Shown here piece by piece: positions 51,561-62,095 of a stretch of 64,000 nt of DNA. The notes beneath the pieces are model-generated. The model was given only the letters and a program-made list of their open reading frames with translations, was not told the DNA's origin and did not search any database. The stretch is from Leucoraja erinacea (taxonomy: Eukaryota), in the NCBI RefSeq assembly GCF_028641065.1, contig NC_073405.1, positions 17,794,001-17,858,000 of the forward strand, read 5' to 3'. Position 1 is the stretch's first letter; each line of letters opens with the position of its first letter. A program made the position numbers and the translations under genes.

Positions 51561-52450
51561 GTAAAGAAAACTGAGTGAATATTAAAAAAAATAATCAGAA
51601 CAATTTTACTTAATGGTATCATTAGATGTGCTTGAGGGATAATTTTTCTTTGAGCTGCTTAATAAACCATGGTTACCACCGAAGTGACTTGTATGATGTT
51701 AGAAATATAAAGGTGTGGAAGGAGAACAATTAACTGGTGACCCTGACATGTGAGAAAGCCTCTGGATTGTGCATTTATTACAATTTTATACCATGAAGGA
51801 AGCGGGCCATATCTTAGATACAAAATGTGAAACATGGCTAACAGATTTTGGAAGAATTCAAATAAGCTGATTAATTTCCTGATGTGTAATGATATTACTA
51901 ATATATATTGTGCAATTTTATTTTGTATCGCTGCATGTTTTAAGTTGTGGACGTCACAGTTGAATTTTACAGCAATTAAAGGAAGCGTGTTAACTCAAAA
52001 TAAAAGATCTGCAGATGATCAGAGCGTGACTACTAACTTTAAACATCATGCAACTTGTGAATTTGCTGGCATATGATGGAAATGTCAGCTCTGTGGTTTT
52101 TATCATTTGTAATTTAGCCAATGCAGTGGGGAGGCTTTTCATTACAAACATTTTTCCCTTTCAACCAATAAGTTAGTAACCTTTTGCGTTTAAAGCATGG
52201 CAATTGCCATGTTAAAGTTGACCTTTTGAAGAATTGAATAGTTGTAGCATTGTAGGCGTGAGCTTGAAGAGGCTAGAATGAAGTAGATTGCCTGCTGTCA
52301 TTCACAAGTTGATCTCTATCCATTTTATTTAGTCAGCTTTTCAAAGGTCACTCCTGTACGTTAGATTTCAAGTATAACATTTTACAGTTTGTCTTCCATT
52401 CTTTTACCCTCTTCAAAAATAAATTGTTGACTTTACTCTCTTATCTCTAA

Positions 52451-52749
52451 AGGGCCTATCCCACTGTACGAGGTAATTCAAGAGCTCTCCCGAGTTTAAA
52501 AAAAAAAATCAAACTTGTGGTAAGTACGTAGCGGGCAATTTGGAGCTCGGGATGTCTCTTAGCGGCTCATAACGCTAACGGCAGGTACTCGGGGAAACGC
52601 GATAAGCTTGTGAAGATTTTTCACCATGTTGAAAAATGTCCGCAAGAGCCCCGAGTACCTACGAGCGGCTACTACCGTAATTCTCCGAGTTCGAATCAGG
52701 GGAAACTCGGGAGAACTCTTGAATTACCTCGTACAGTGGGACAGGCCCT
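52451..52749. mobile_element. PIF/Harbinger-type MITE, copy 2
   Basis: About 45-bp imperfect TIRs AGGGCCTaTCCCACTGTACGAGGTAATTCAAGAG; TAA/TTA flanks; colinear with 28412-28719. Confidence 0.88.
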
Positions 52750-52901
52750 TTACTCGTTTATTAAGTAATTTCTGCTTACCTATTATGCATTGTAATGTTT
52801 TGCCAATGAAGAAAGAACTGCAGATACCGGAAAAATCGAAGGTAGACATAAATGCTGGAGAAACTCAGCGGGTGAGGCAGCATCTATGGAGCGAAGGAAA
52901 T

Positions 52902-52935
52902 AGGTGACGTTTCGGGTCGAGACCCTTCTTCAGAC
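52902..52935 (-). ncRNA. Minimal type I hammerhead ribozyme motif in a solo Penelope pLTR end (about 52810-52936)
   Basis: guCUGAAGAaGGGUCucGACCCGAAAcGUCaccu, same core as 47772-47805. Confidence 0.65.
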
Positions 52936-53057
52936 ATGCATTATAATGTTGTAAGACATTGTAATGTTGCAAGGTTGTGTGCAAGTTCCTACTTGACTGG
53001 GATCTTGCATGTGCCATTTGTTCCATGTACCCTGAGTTGTAGGGAGAGATTTGGCAG

Positions 53058-53390
53058 GCTTAGAGTGCAGGAAGTTGAAGGGTGATCTCATTGAGGTATA
53101 TAAAGTTGTCAGGGGAATCAATAGCAGAGTTTTTTTCCCTGTGTAGGTGAATCTGGAACTAGGGGCAAAGGTTTAAGGGGAGAGGGGAAAGATTTTATTG
53201 GAAACTGGGAGGCAACTTTTTCACACATTGCATGGCGGGTATATAGAACAAGATGCCAGAGGAAGTAGTTGCGGCAGATACAACTTCAAAAATACATAGA
53301 GAGAGAGCTTTAGAGAGATATGGGCCAGGCACTTAGACAGGATATGTTGGTCAGCATGGACTCATTCTGCCAAAGGGCTTGTTTCCATGC
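53058..53390 (+). mobile_element. CR1 LINE 3' fragment
   Basis: gaagggtgatctcattgaggtatataaa (L.GDLIEVYK), aactaggggcaaaggtttaag, then 3' UTR. Confidence 0.8.
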
Positions 53391-55489
53391 TGCCTGGTTT
53401 GTTGACTGGCTTTTTTTTCAAGAAGATTTGATTGAATGAATTAAACCTGTGTGCATTGCTTGAGGTAGATCTAAATCTTAACTATCTTGGCAAAATGCTT
53501 TTGTGCAACATGCAGCTCTATTTTCACACCCATTTGTTCACTTGATTCATGGGTGACATAGTGGAGCAGTGGTAGAATTGTTGCTTTCCAGCACCAGAGA
53601 ATCGGGTACGATCCTGATTACAGTTGCTGTGTGTACGAGGTTTGTACGTTCTCCCTGTGATCGCGAAAGTAGAGTGATAACTGAAAAATGACAAGCCATC
53701 AGTTCTGCAAATTAGTTTCAAAGTCTGCTGAGCAATCCAATGAACCCCATTCTTTTACCGAGACACCATTCTTTAGTGCTGACCAGTGAAAGGGATAATA
53801 TGAAACCTAAATAAATCACAAAACAACTAAGGCAAGTAGCATGCAACTGGATAAATCTTACCATCTGACTTTGAGTAGATATATTCTGGTATATATTCCA
53901 ACACCTAACTTATACAGGTTTTCTAGCCATTTGAAGGTGTTTTATAGAATGAACAGTAGGAAAAGTTTAATTTGAATTTAATGTGTTCTGTTGTGACTGC
54001 TGTCCTCCTAATGCAATCATGTTCAGTTCAGTTTGCTTCAGTTACTTGTCAGATAATGAAGCCGTCCTTCCAGCTCCCTTGTGGTGTTTGTCAGTAATCT
54101 TGATGGATTTTTGTACATGAACCAAAGAGATGATATTTGCCTTTAGGGAGCGATGGGTTCATTAAAGCAGGAATGTCGAGTGAATATCCCTAGCTGGGAT
54201 CCTGTATGCAATTTCATGCTCTTTGTTGGGGTTTATTTGTTCTATTAAAGAAAACAAATTACTCACCAAAAGCTGCCTGTTTGCTTTTTCCTCTTAAATT
54301 CTTACAAAGCTATTGAAATGTCAATGGATATGCAGCACATTTAGAGGTTTAACCCTCTACATCACACATTTCCTACATTCTGAACACTGGAGTAAAGTAC
54401 GGCATTTTGATCAGCTTTAGGAACGTGCCTGCTGGTTTTTTTTGCCACTGACAAATCCTGACCAGCTTGACCCTTGAAGGAGGGTCCCAACCATAAATGT
54501 TGTCTGTTCATTTCTCTCCACAGATGCTGCCTGTCCCACTGAGTTCCTTCAATACTTGTTTTTTGCTCCTGGAGGTGCTCCAAGGTCCAGGGTCATCCAC
54601 ACTAACCACTTACAAATAGGCCAAAGCACCTTATTAAAAGCAAAATAGAAATGAAACCTAATATATTTCGCGGTCAAAATCATTTGATTAACTTTGTGTT
54701 TCTGTTAAAGAAAGTCTGGGGTTGACTTACCACACCAGATGCAGGCAAGCATTTGTCAAGGAGCTCTGTGGGCAATCAAAGCAATTAAGGTTGGTTTGGC
54801 GACAGATTGTCAGCGTTGTTGTCATTTTCCCCATGGTTTTGGTTTTGAAAGACAGTTATTGATTCAAGGATCATGACTTCCAATTACCTGCCTTCAAAGT
54901 CACTTTGAGCAGGTCAACAGGGGCTGTCATTCCAAGCTTCTCAGGGTGGTTGAAACACATATGTGTAAGCCGCTTACCACTGTGTGAGAAAGGGCTTCAC
55001 GTCAATAGACTTTCTCATCTGGCAGATCATCCAAGAACAGCCAGAAAAATAACTATTTAGGGATGGCAATTGGCATCACTTTCATCATTAAAAACCCAAA
55101 ATAATACAGGTTCATCTAATACTCTGGGTTTTTTAGCTGCGATGGCATTATGCATTTTATTGCATTTAACCTTTTTCATACCATGCTTAAAGTGAAAATC
55201 TCAAACTATTTCACACTGCATAATATACAAACTGCAGAGAGTGACTTTAACGTTACTATTTAATTTCAGGCCCCAATGATCTAAATTACAGCAATGGAAT
55301 TGTATAAAGCTTACATTTAGCCATGTAACCTAGCTCCCTGTTGTATACTTATCTATTTCAATAATATCTGTGTAGATTGATGCTTCTCTTCTCTCTCGCC
55401 CCCTCTACTTCTCACCATCTTGCCCCATCCCTCTCGCCTACTTCAATGCCCCCTTTCATGGCTCTGGTGCATTTACCTCGCAAATGTCA

Positions 55490-55750
55490 CTTGTCTTCTT
55501 CGGTTGGGGCATTCAGTACAAATGTCAGAAAGTCATGTTGCACCATTATAAACGTATAGTTTGGCTGCATTTGGAGGATTGGGTGCAGTTGCGGTTGCCC
55601 CATTACAGGAAGGATGTGGGGGCTTTGGAGTGGGTGCAGAAAGGTTTTACCAGTATGCTGCCTGAATTAGTGGTTATTAGCTATGAAGTGAGGTTGGAAA
55701 AACTTGGATTGTTTTCTCTGGAGCAATGGAGGTTGAAGGGAGACCAAATA
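55490..55750 (+). mobile_element. CR1 LINE ORF2 fragment
   Basis: PHYRKDV.ALEWVQKGFTSMLPEL..SYEVRLEKLGLFSLEQWRLKGD. Confidence 0.88.
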
Positions 55751-55768
55751 TAATTTTATATAAAGTTA

Positions 55769-56610
55769 CTAGACTAAGTCGGACCCGTTGGGTCCCAGCA
55801 TCACACGGAAGGGCTGGTCACCCAACGCAATATTCCACCTCTCCACCATTTCCAATATTGCTGGCCAATGGGGTGGGGGCTTTCTGTTGAGCTAGTATGG
55901 GTGTTGTGGGCCGAAGGGATTCTTGGGCTGGCAGCTCAGTCACTGAGGCCAGGCAGCTCAGTCACAGAGGCCTGGCAGTACAGTCACTCATACCTGACAG
56001 GCTGGCAGCTGAGAAACTGCCAGAAATTTTGCCTAAAACAGGTGACAGATTGTGAGAGAGAAGGGGGAAAGGGTGGACTGAATGGATTATTGGGCTGGCA
56101 GTTTAGTCACTTACGGCTTGTGGGCTGGCAGTTCACTTACTCATGGCTGGTGGGCTGGCAATGCAGTCACTCACGGCAGTTCAGTCTTACAGCTGTGGGC
56201 TGGCATGGCTGGTGGGCTGGCAGTGCAGTCACTCACGGCTGGTGGGCTGGCAGTTCAGTCACTTACAGCTGGTGGGCTGACAGTTTACTTACGGCTTGTG
56301 GGCTGGCAGTGCAGTCACTCACGCCTGGTATGCTGGCAGTTCACTCAGTCACCCCACCTACCCCCCCCCCCCCCCCCCTACACCCCCCCGCCCCCCACTC
56401 TGCTCCTTCCCATTCCCCCCCCCCCCCCCCACACGCATTCAGTCCATCTCCCCACAACCTCCCCCCGTGCACTCTTAGTGGCCCTCCCACAGAGCATCCA
56501 TTCCTGCCCATTAGGTTCCCATTGTGATGAAGAACACGCAGGCATGAAAAGTGGAAAAAGGATGTATTAAAGTTTAAAATGTGAATGACTCTTACAATAT
56601 AAGAACAATT
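55769..56610 (-). mobile_element. Non-autonomous Helitron, 3' part, with 30-bp minisatellite
   Basis: Minus-strand end GGACCC-aac-GGGTCC hairpin then gacttagtCTAG|t; internal repeat ggctggtgggctggcagttcagtcactcac at 56090-56352. Confidence 0.75.
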
Positions 56611-57051
56611 TAAGTGTTAAATATGATAATTATTAAGTTCTTTCTTGTATTGTCTCTTGTTGCTGCTCACTGTATCTTCATGTCTCTTTGCTCTTGATAA
56701 AAAAGAGACAATTTAAATATGGAGAGATTGAGCGGTCAAATTTTAACAAAGAATATCTGAGAATTTATCTCAGAAGTCATCATTCAACGAAGGACTCTTT
56801 TAATGACACCATTCTTGGTCGATGTTCCATCCTTCAGGAAAACTTTGAAAGAAAACTTACTTTTCCAAACACCACTCGTAAGTCTGGAGGGTTTTTTTAA
56901 TGATAAATTTAGCTACAGAAGCATTTTCCTTTTTCATGTAAAAACCCATTTCAGAACCATGGCCAATTTTAAAATTTTACAGCCAGATTTATCACTTCTG
57001 AAACTTTTTAGATACCAAAGGAATCAAGAAAAACCACAAATAATGCCTTAC

Positions 57052-57200
57052 TGTTGATGAAATGCAGTGAGCAAAGGCGATAATTCCCAATATTTTCAAT
57101 CTCGTATCTGCACGGCCAATGTTCGCCAAGCACTTTAGCTGTTGTTGTCCCTTCAGCTCTCACTTCGCTTTACCTTAATTTCTCTTCACTTTTGGAATTC
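57052..57200 (-). pseudogene. Decayed THAP zinc-finger coding segment (transposon-type)
   Basis: IPKVKRN*GKAK*ELKGQQQLKCLANIGRAD, frameshift, EIENIGNYRLCSLHFIN, then gtaag donor. Matches the THAP pattern P...W...I.R...R.CS.HF. Confidence 0.65.
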
Positions 57201-57384
57201 NNNNNNNNNNNNNNNNNNNNNNNNNNNNNNNNNNNNNNNNNNNNNNNNNNNNNNNNNNNNNNNNNNNNNNNNNNNNNNNNNNNNNNNNNNNNNNNNNNNN
57301 NNNNNNNNNNNNNNNNNNNNNNNNNNNNNNNNNNNNNNNNNNNNNNNNNNNNNNNNNNNNNNNNNNNNNNNNNNNNNNNNNNNN
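57201..57384. other. Assembly gap (184 N)
   Basis: N run. Confidence 1.
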
Positions 57385-57589
57385 GCCAAATAACTTCAGA
57401 ACGTGGTAAACATACAGTGTGTAAACCGAATGATTCAAACGTTTAAAGCCTCCTGTAGAGGCTGCTGCTGCTGAAGCAAAATCGTGCTTTAAATAACGTC
57501 CAACAAACACACTCACCATAGACAGATCAGTCAGCTCACTTGAATAATTCAATGGCTTCTTCTGCACTCAGCGCCATCTTGACCTCACC

Positions 57590-57625
<36 letters not shown>

Positions 57626-59695
57626 GACTCGCGCACACACACACACACACACAGATTTCAATAATGTTAAGGGGGAAATTTAATGAGATATGGGGGAAAC
57701 GTTGCTCATATGAAGTGGTGGGTGCCTTGAAAACACTGTGTGGTGGATGTAGATGCTATAGTGGCATTTAAGTGGCCTTTAGATAGACACATGGATACAC
57801 AGGGAATGGTGTGATAAGGATCAAGTGCAGGTAAAGAGGTTGTATTTAGCTGTATGGCACAAAATTTGGACAGCGCTACACTGTTCTATATTCTAAAATA
57901 TACGTATAATGTTTTAAGCATCTTTGATGGCAATGGTTCTAAACAATGTTATGGATGTTATTTCATAGGCTGATATTTAATTAGCTCATGCAAACCACTG
58001 AAAAGATGGCCTTGTCTGACATGTAATGCTTCCCTTAAAACATTTAGCAATATTAGAGACAGGAAAGATCCAGAAAATTGGCTTACTTATTCAGATGAGG
58101 CAGGTTTCCTACTGTCATCTCCAGAGAATAAAGCTGTCAAGATACTAATGCTGATCTAAAGTCAAATCAAACAAGTTGCTGGCAGTTTTCCTTTGCAGGT
58201 CAGAGGCTATTGAGAGCAGGTGCATTGGATATCGCTTTAATCCTGTATTTTACTGAATTGCCTGCAGGTAAAATTAGGGTTTGGAGAAGGATGCTTATGG
58301 TTTAGTTAAAATGGTTCTCAGCCATGTCATTGTGTGCTTTGGAGGCTGCAGTGTGATCTGAGTGGAGTGCTTTACATTTCTTTGATTGCTCTAGAGATTC
58401 ATAGGCAATTCTACTTTTTGGAAATTAAAAGAGTGAGATATCTTGTACTTTTATAGTGTTTTACATCAGGAATTCCAGTCTGTACAGTTAATGTAACAAT
58501 TTAATCTTTCATCTGAAAGACAGCAGCTGACATGTTGGTTTGGATTTTGTGCTCAAAGATCTAAAGTGTAATTTAAAGCCACATCCAACAGATTAGATAG
58601 AGAATACTGTGACCAGGACACTTGTAATATTGACGAGGTTCTAAGATGGAATCCTGCCTCTTCCCATATTATACCTTTTCCCGCATTAACTGGGTAGATA
58701 TATACAGTTATCAAAAGCACAATTTGAAATGAGCATGAAAATAAACATGATTTAAGTTTTTTTTTCCCAATCTTTGGGAATCTGGACAATAGAAGCAAGG
58801 CCATCATGTATTGGCCATTGAGGAAAGTGCTGTTGAGTCACCTCTAATGCGGTCCTTTTGGAACCTCTGCAGTTTAACAGAAAACACCATTTGTTACTAG
58901 ATGGAGAATGACAACAGAGCTTTGATCTGATCTATTTTTTTTGAAATGTTTTGACTTTGTTTATTTCCTGCTGTTTAGCATGCATATGGTCTTGTGTTGC
59001 AGCTTTACCAGGATGGCACTATATCTCTAGGTACATCTAGTGTTGCTCCTGATATTCCCTCTGCACTCATTGAATTTGGGTTGATCCAATTGCTGGATAG
59101 TAATGCTAGGCCATGAATCTTTAGATTGTGTTGATGTGCATATCTTCTGCTGCTAATAGACCGAGCATCTTATAGATATCCAATTTGGAATCTGTCCACT
59201 TGTCACAATTGTAGTGCCACATAACGCCTTTCATTGATGATAAGGTTTATATTGCAAAGGACTGTGCAGTTGCCAGTTATGGACAGATGGATTCATCTGG
59301 CTCGAAGGGTCGAATGGCCTTCTGCACCTATCTTCTATGTTTTTCTATGGCCAGATTGGTCAAAACAAGTTCAAGCAAGTTTAAAATTCATATTGGCTTC
59401 CTCGCTACAGACTACAGGTCCAATATGGCAACCATATCTCCAGAATTCAGCCAGTGGTGGGGCTGCCAAGATGGTGATGGACATCGAATACCTCCACCCA
59501 TTCTGTGTCATCCTCCTAGAGATATTTGATATTAAGGAACATTGATTCATCAATTGAGGATGGAAGGCAGGAAATAGTCAGGAGGTGGTCTTCTTACTTG
59601 TGCTTGACCAGAGATTTCTTGCGTCTGAGTTTAATGTTGAGTATTCTCACGGTGCTCCCACCCACGTCTATGTCACTCTGACATTTTATCTTTTA

Positions 59696-59925
59696 CTTGA
59701 CCAAGTGTGACCCGTTGGGTCCCGCTCTCCCAACGCAATATTCCATCACTCACCCGTTTCCCCAACGCAACCCGTTCCTCCAACGCAATATTCCACCACT
59801 CACCTATTGCCCCCTACTGCGCAGCTTATTTTCCCTCATCCCCCAGCACTCCCCCCCCCCTCTTCTTCATCCTCCCTCTTCTTTTCCCTCTCCTCCTCCT
59901 CTCCTCTCCTCCTCTCCCCCACTCC
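59696..59925 (-). mobile_element. Helitron 3' end fragment
   Basis: gacccgttgggtc hairpin and cacttggtCAAG|t end; shares cccaacgcaatattccac with 55820. Confidence 0.65.
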
Positions 59926-59929
59926 CTAA

Positions 59930-60358
59930 GGAACAAATCATCCACCACAATAATTCTCAATATGGGGGCTCCGCAAGGATGTGTTCTCAGCCCTCTTATT
60001 TACTCCTTGTACCCACGACTGTTCAGCCATGTACAAATCCAATTCAATTTTCAAATTTGCAGACGACACCACCATTGTGGGCAGGATATCAAATAATGTT
60101 TAGACGGAATATAGGAAGGAGATCGAGAGCCTCGTGAGGTTCCAGAGAGCAGTGCTGAACTACTATCTACCTCCTTGGTGACCCTCAAACTATCCTTGAT
60201 CGAACTTTGCTGGTTTTACCTTGCCCTAAACGTTATTCCCTTACACTGTAAATGGCTCAATTGTAACTATGTATTGTTTTACTGCTTACATGATAGCACG
60301 CAACAAAAGCCTTTGACTGTACCTCGGTACACATGACAATAAACTAAACTGAACTAGA
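59930..60358 (+). mobile_element. Rex1-type RT fragment joined to a LINE 3' UTR
   Basis: GAPQGCVLSPLIYSLY, KFADDTTIVGRISNN, EYRKEIESL; tail gacaataaactaaactgaact. Confidence 0.8.
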
Positions 60359-60364
60359 TAATTA

Positions 60365-60845
60365 ATGCCAGAGTATAAGAGTCAGGAAGTCATGATGCAG
60401 CTTTACTGGACTTTGGTAAGGCCGCATTTGAAGTATTGCATGCATTTCTGGTCGTCCCATTACAGAAAGGATGTGGAGTTTTTGGAAAGAGTAAAGGAGA
60501 GGTTTACCAGAATCATTCCTGGATTAGAGGGTATTAGCTACTGGGAGAGGTTAGACAGTCCCAGGATAGAAAAAATCTTGAGATGAGAGAGCATAGCTTT
60601 AAGGTGAGAGGAACAATGTTTAAAGGATATGTGCGGGACAAGTTTTTTTGCACAAAGCATGGTTGGTGCGTGGAACATGCTGCTGCAGGTGGTGGTTGAA
60701 GCAGATATACCAGTGGCATTTAGAAGACTTTGGGATATGGATATGCAGGGAATGGAGGGATATGGGTTACATGCAGGTAGATAAATGATGGCCTTGGCAT
60801 CATGTTCGCCACAGACATTGTGGGCTGAAGGGCCTGTTCTTGCGC
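60365..60845 (+). mobile_element. CR1 LINE 3' fragment with internal deletion
   Basis: LYWTLVRPHLKYCMHFWSSHYRKDV..LERVKERFTRIIPGL; gggctgaagggcctgtt end. Confidence 0.88.
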
Positions 60846-61916
60846 TTTCACTAATCACTGTTCAATGAATTAATTACCAGGCATTGAAACAGCTTCATTC
60901 TTTGTTCCCTTACTCACACATCTTCTGAATGGCCCACTGTATACTTTCTCTTTTAGAGTGCCCCCAATCTCCTTGTGTTTCAGCATAGAAGGCATTCTTA
61001 GAGTAATCCTATACCCCCCAAAGTCCTGCAAAGTATTAGCTCTCCAGTTCTTGTACAATTCCCCTCTGAATGTACTGATTGATTGTATCGTTACAGGCAG
61101 TGAGTTTCTATCCTCTGAAATTCTCTATCCAAGTCCCACTTTTCTGTCACAGTTCAGTCCTTCTCAATGAACTTTGAGTGCAAGCTGTTGTGAGAAGCTA
61201 AATGTTTAATTGCTAATCTTTTGTTTAATTCACAGAAGCTCCAGGATCTGACTGCTCACCTGCAATAAATAATATGTAGCGAAGATATAATTAAAAAATC
61301 TGAGAGAAAAATTTAAATTATTGAAATTTAAGTTACTCAGTGAATTGTAATTGGATTGCTGTCCAGCAGAACTGGAAGTTCAGTAGATAGACACAAAAAA
61401 TCTGGAGTAAAATCTGGGTCAGACAGCCCCTCTATAGAAAAATAAAGGGTGGCGTTTTGGGTCGAGATCCTTCTTCAGATCAGTAGTATCAGTTCAGTAG
61501 TTTCTTGTTAAAGAATTGATTATTTATTTGAAGCATTTGATCAGTATCCACGCCTTTTCTTTTTTTTTAAAAGACGAGAAATGTTGGGTAGCCCAAACAG
61601 ATCTGTAATCATACACGTGTAGCGATTTTCCATATAATGCAAGCAGTGGGCAGAGGCAATGTTTCACGTGATCTAGAAACCATAGGTTTTTGTTCAAACT
61701 GTACTGTTTTTATTTGTTCCATCTACATGGAGTCTGTGGATTTGCCATTTGGTGGCTGCAGAGAATAGTAATGCCATATTATTAAGTTTAAGCACAGCAA
61801 CCAAAAATATTACCTTCATTTGCTGAAAAGTAGCCAATATCATTTTTGGACTGGATACTGGCAATCATGTACATAAAGTGGTACGATTAGTATTGATTTG
61901 CAATTATCCCCCATAG

Positions 61917-62095
61917 AAATGCCCGTTTTCTCCAGTGAAGAAGATCAAACTGAATCAGAGGCTTGGAAGACGCCGCTCACTCACCTTTGGCAAAGTCAAT
62001 CATACAACTTTTTGGCAGAAAGGAAGTTTAATGGATCTGCTGCACTCACTGAGCCATTCTGCGCTATCTGTACGCTATTCTATCCCTACTACCAG
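61917..62095 (+). CDS. KDM4B: KDM4B coding exon leading into PHD1 ([27 protein letters not shown])
   Basis: ccccatag acceptor, phase 1, CAG|gtaaag donor, 179 nt. Matches KDM4B [27 protein letters not shown]. Confidence 0.96.

Noticed and set aside
56090-56352. GCTGGTGG (E. coli Chi) octamers in the minisatellite
   Set aside because: Chi has no established function in vertebrates; the repetition is explained by the tandem array.
57142-57567. ORFs spanning the N run
   Set aside because: Artefacts of the assembly gap.
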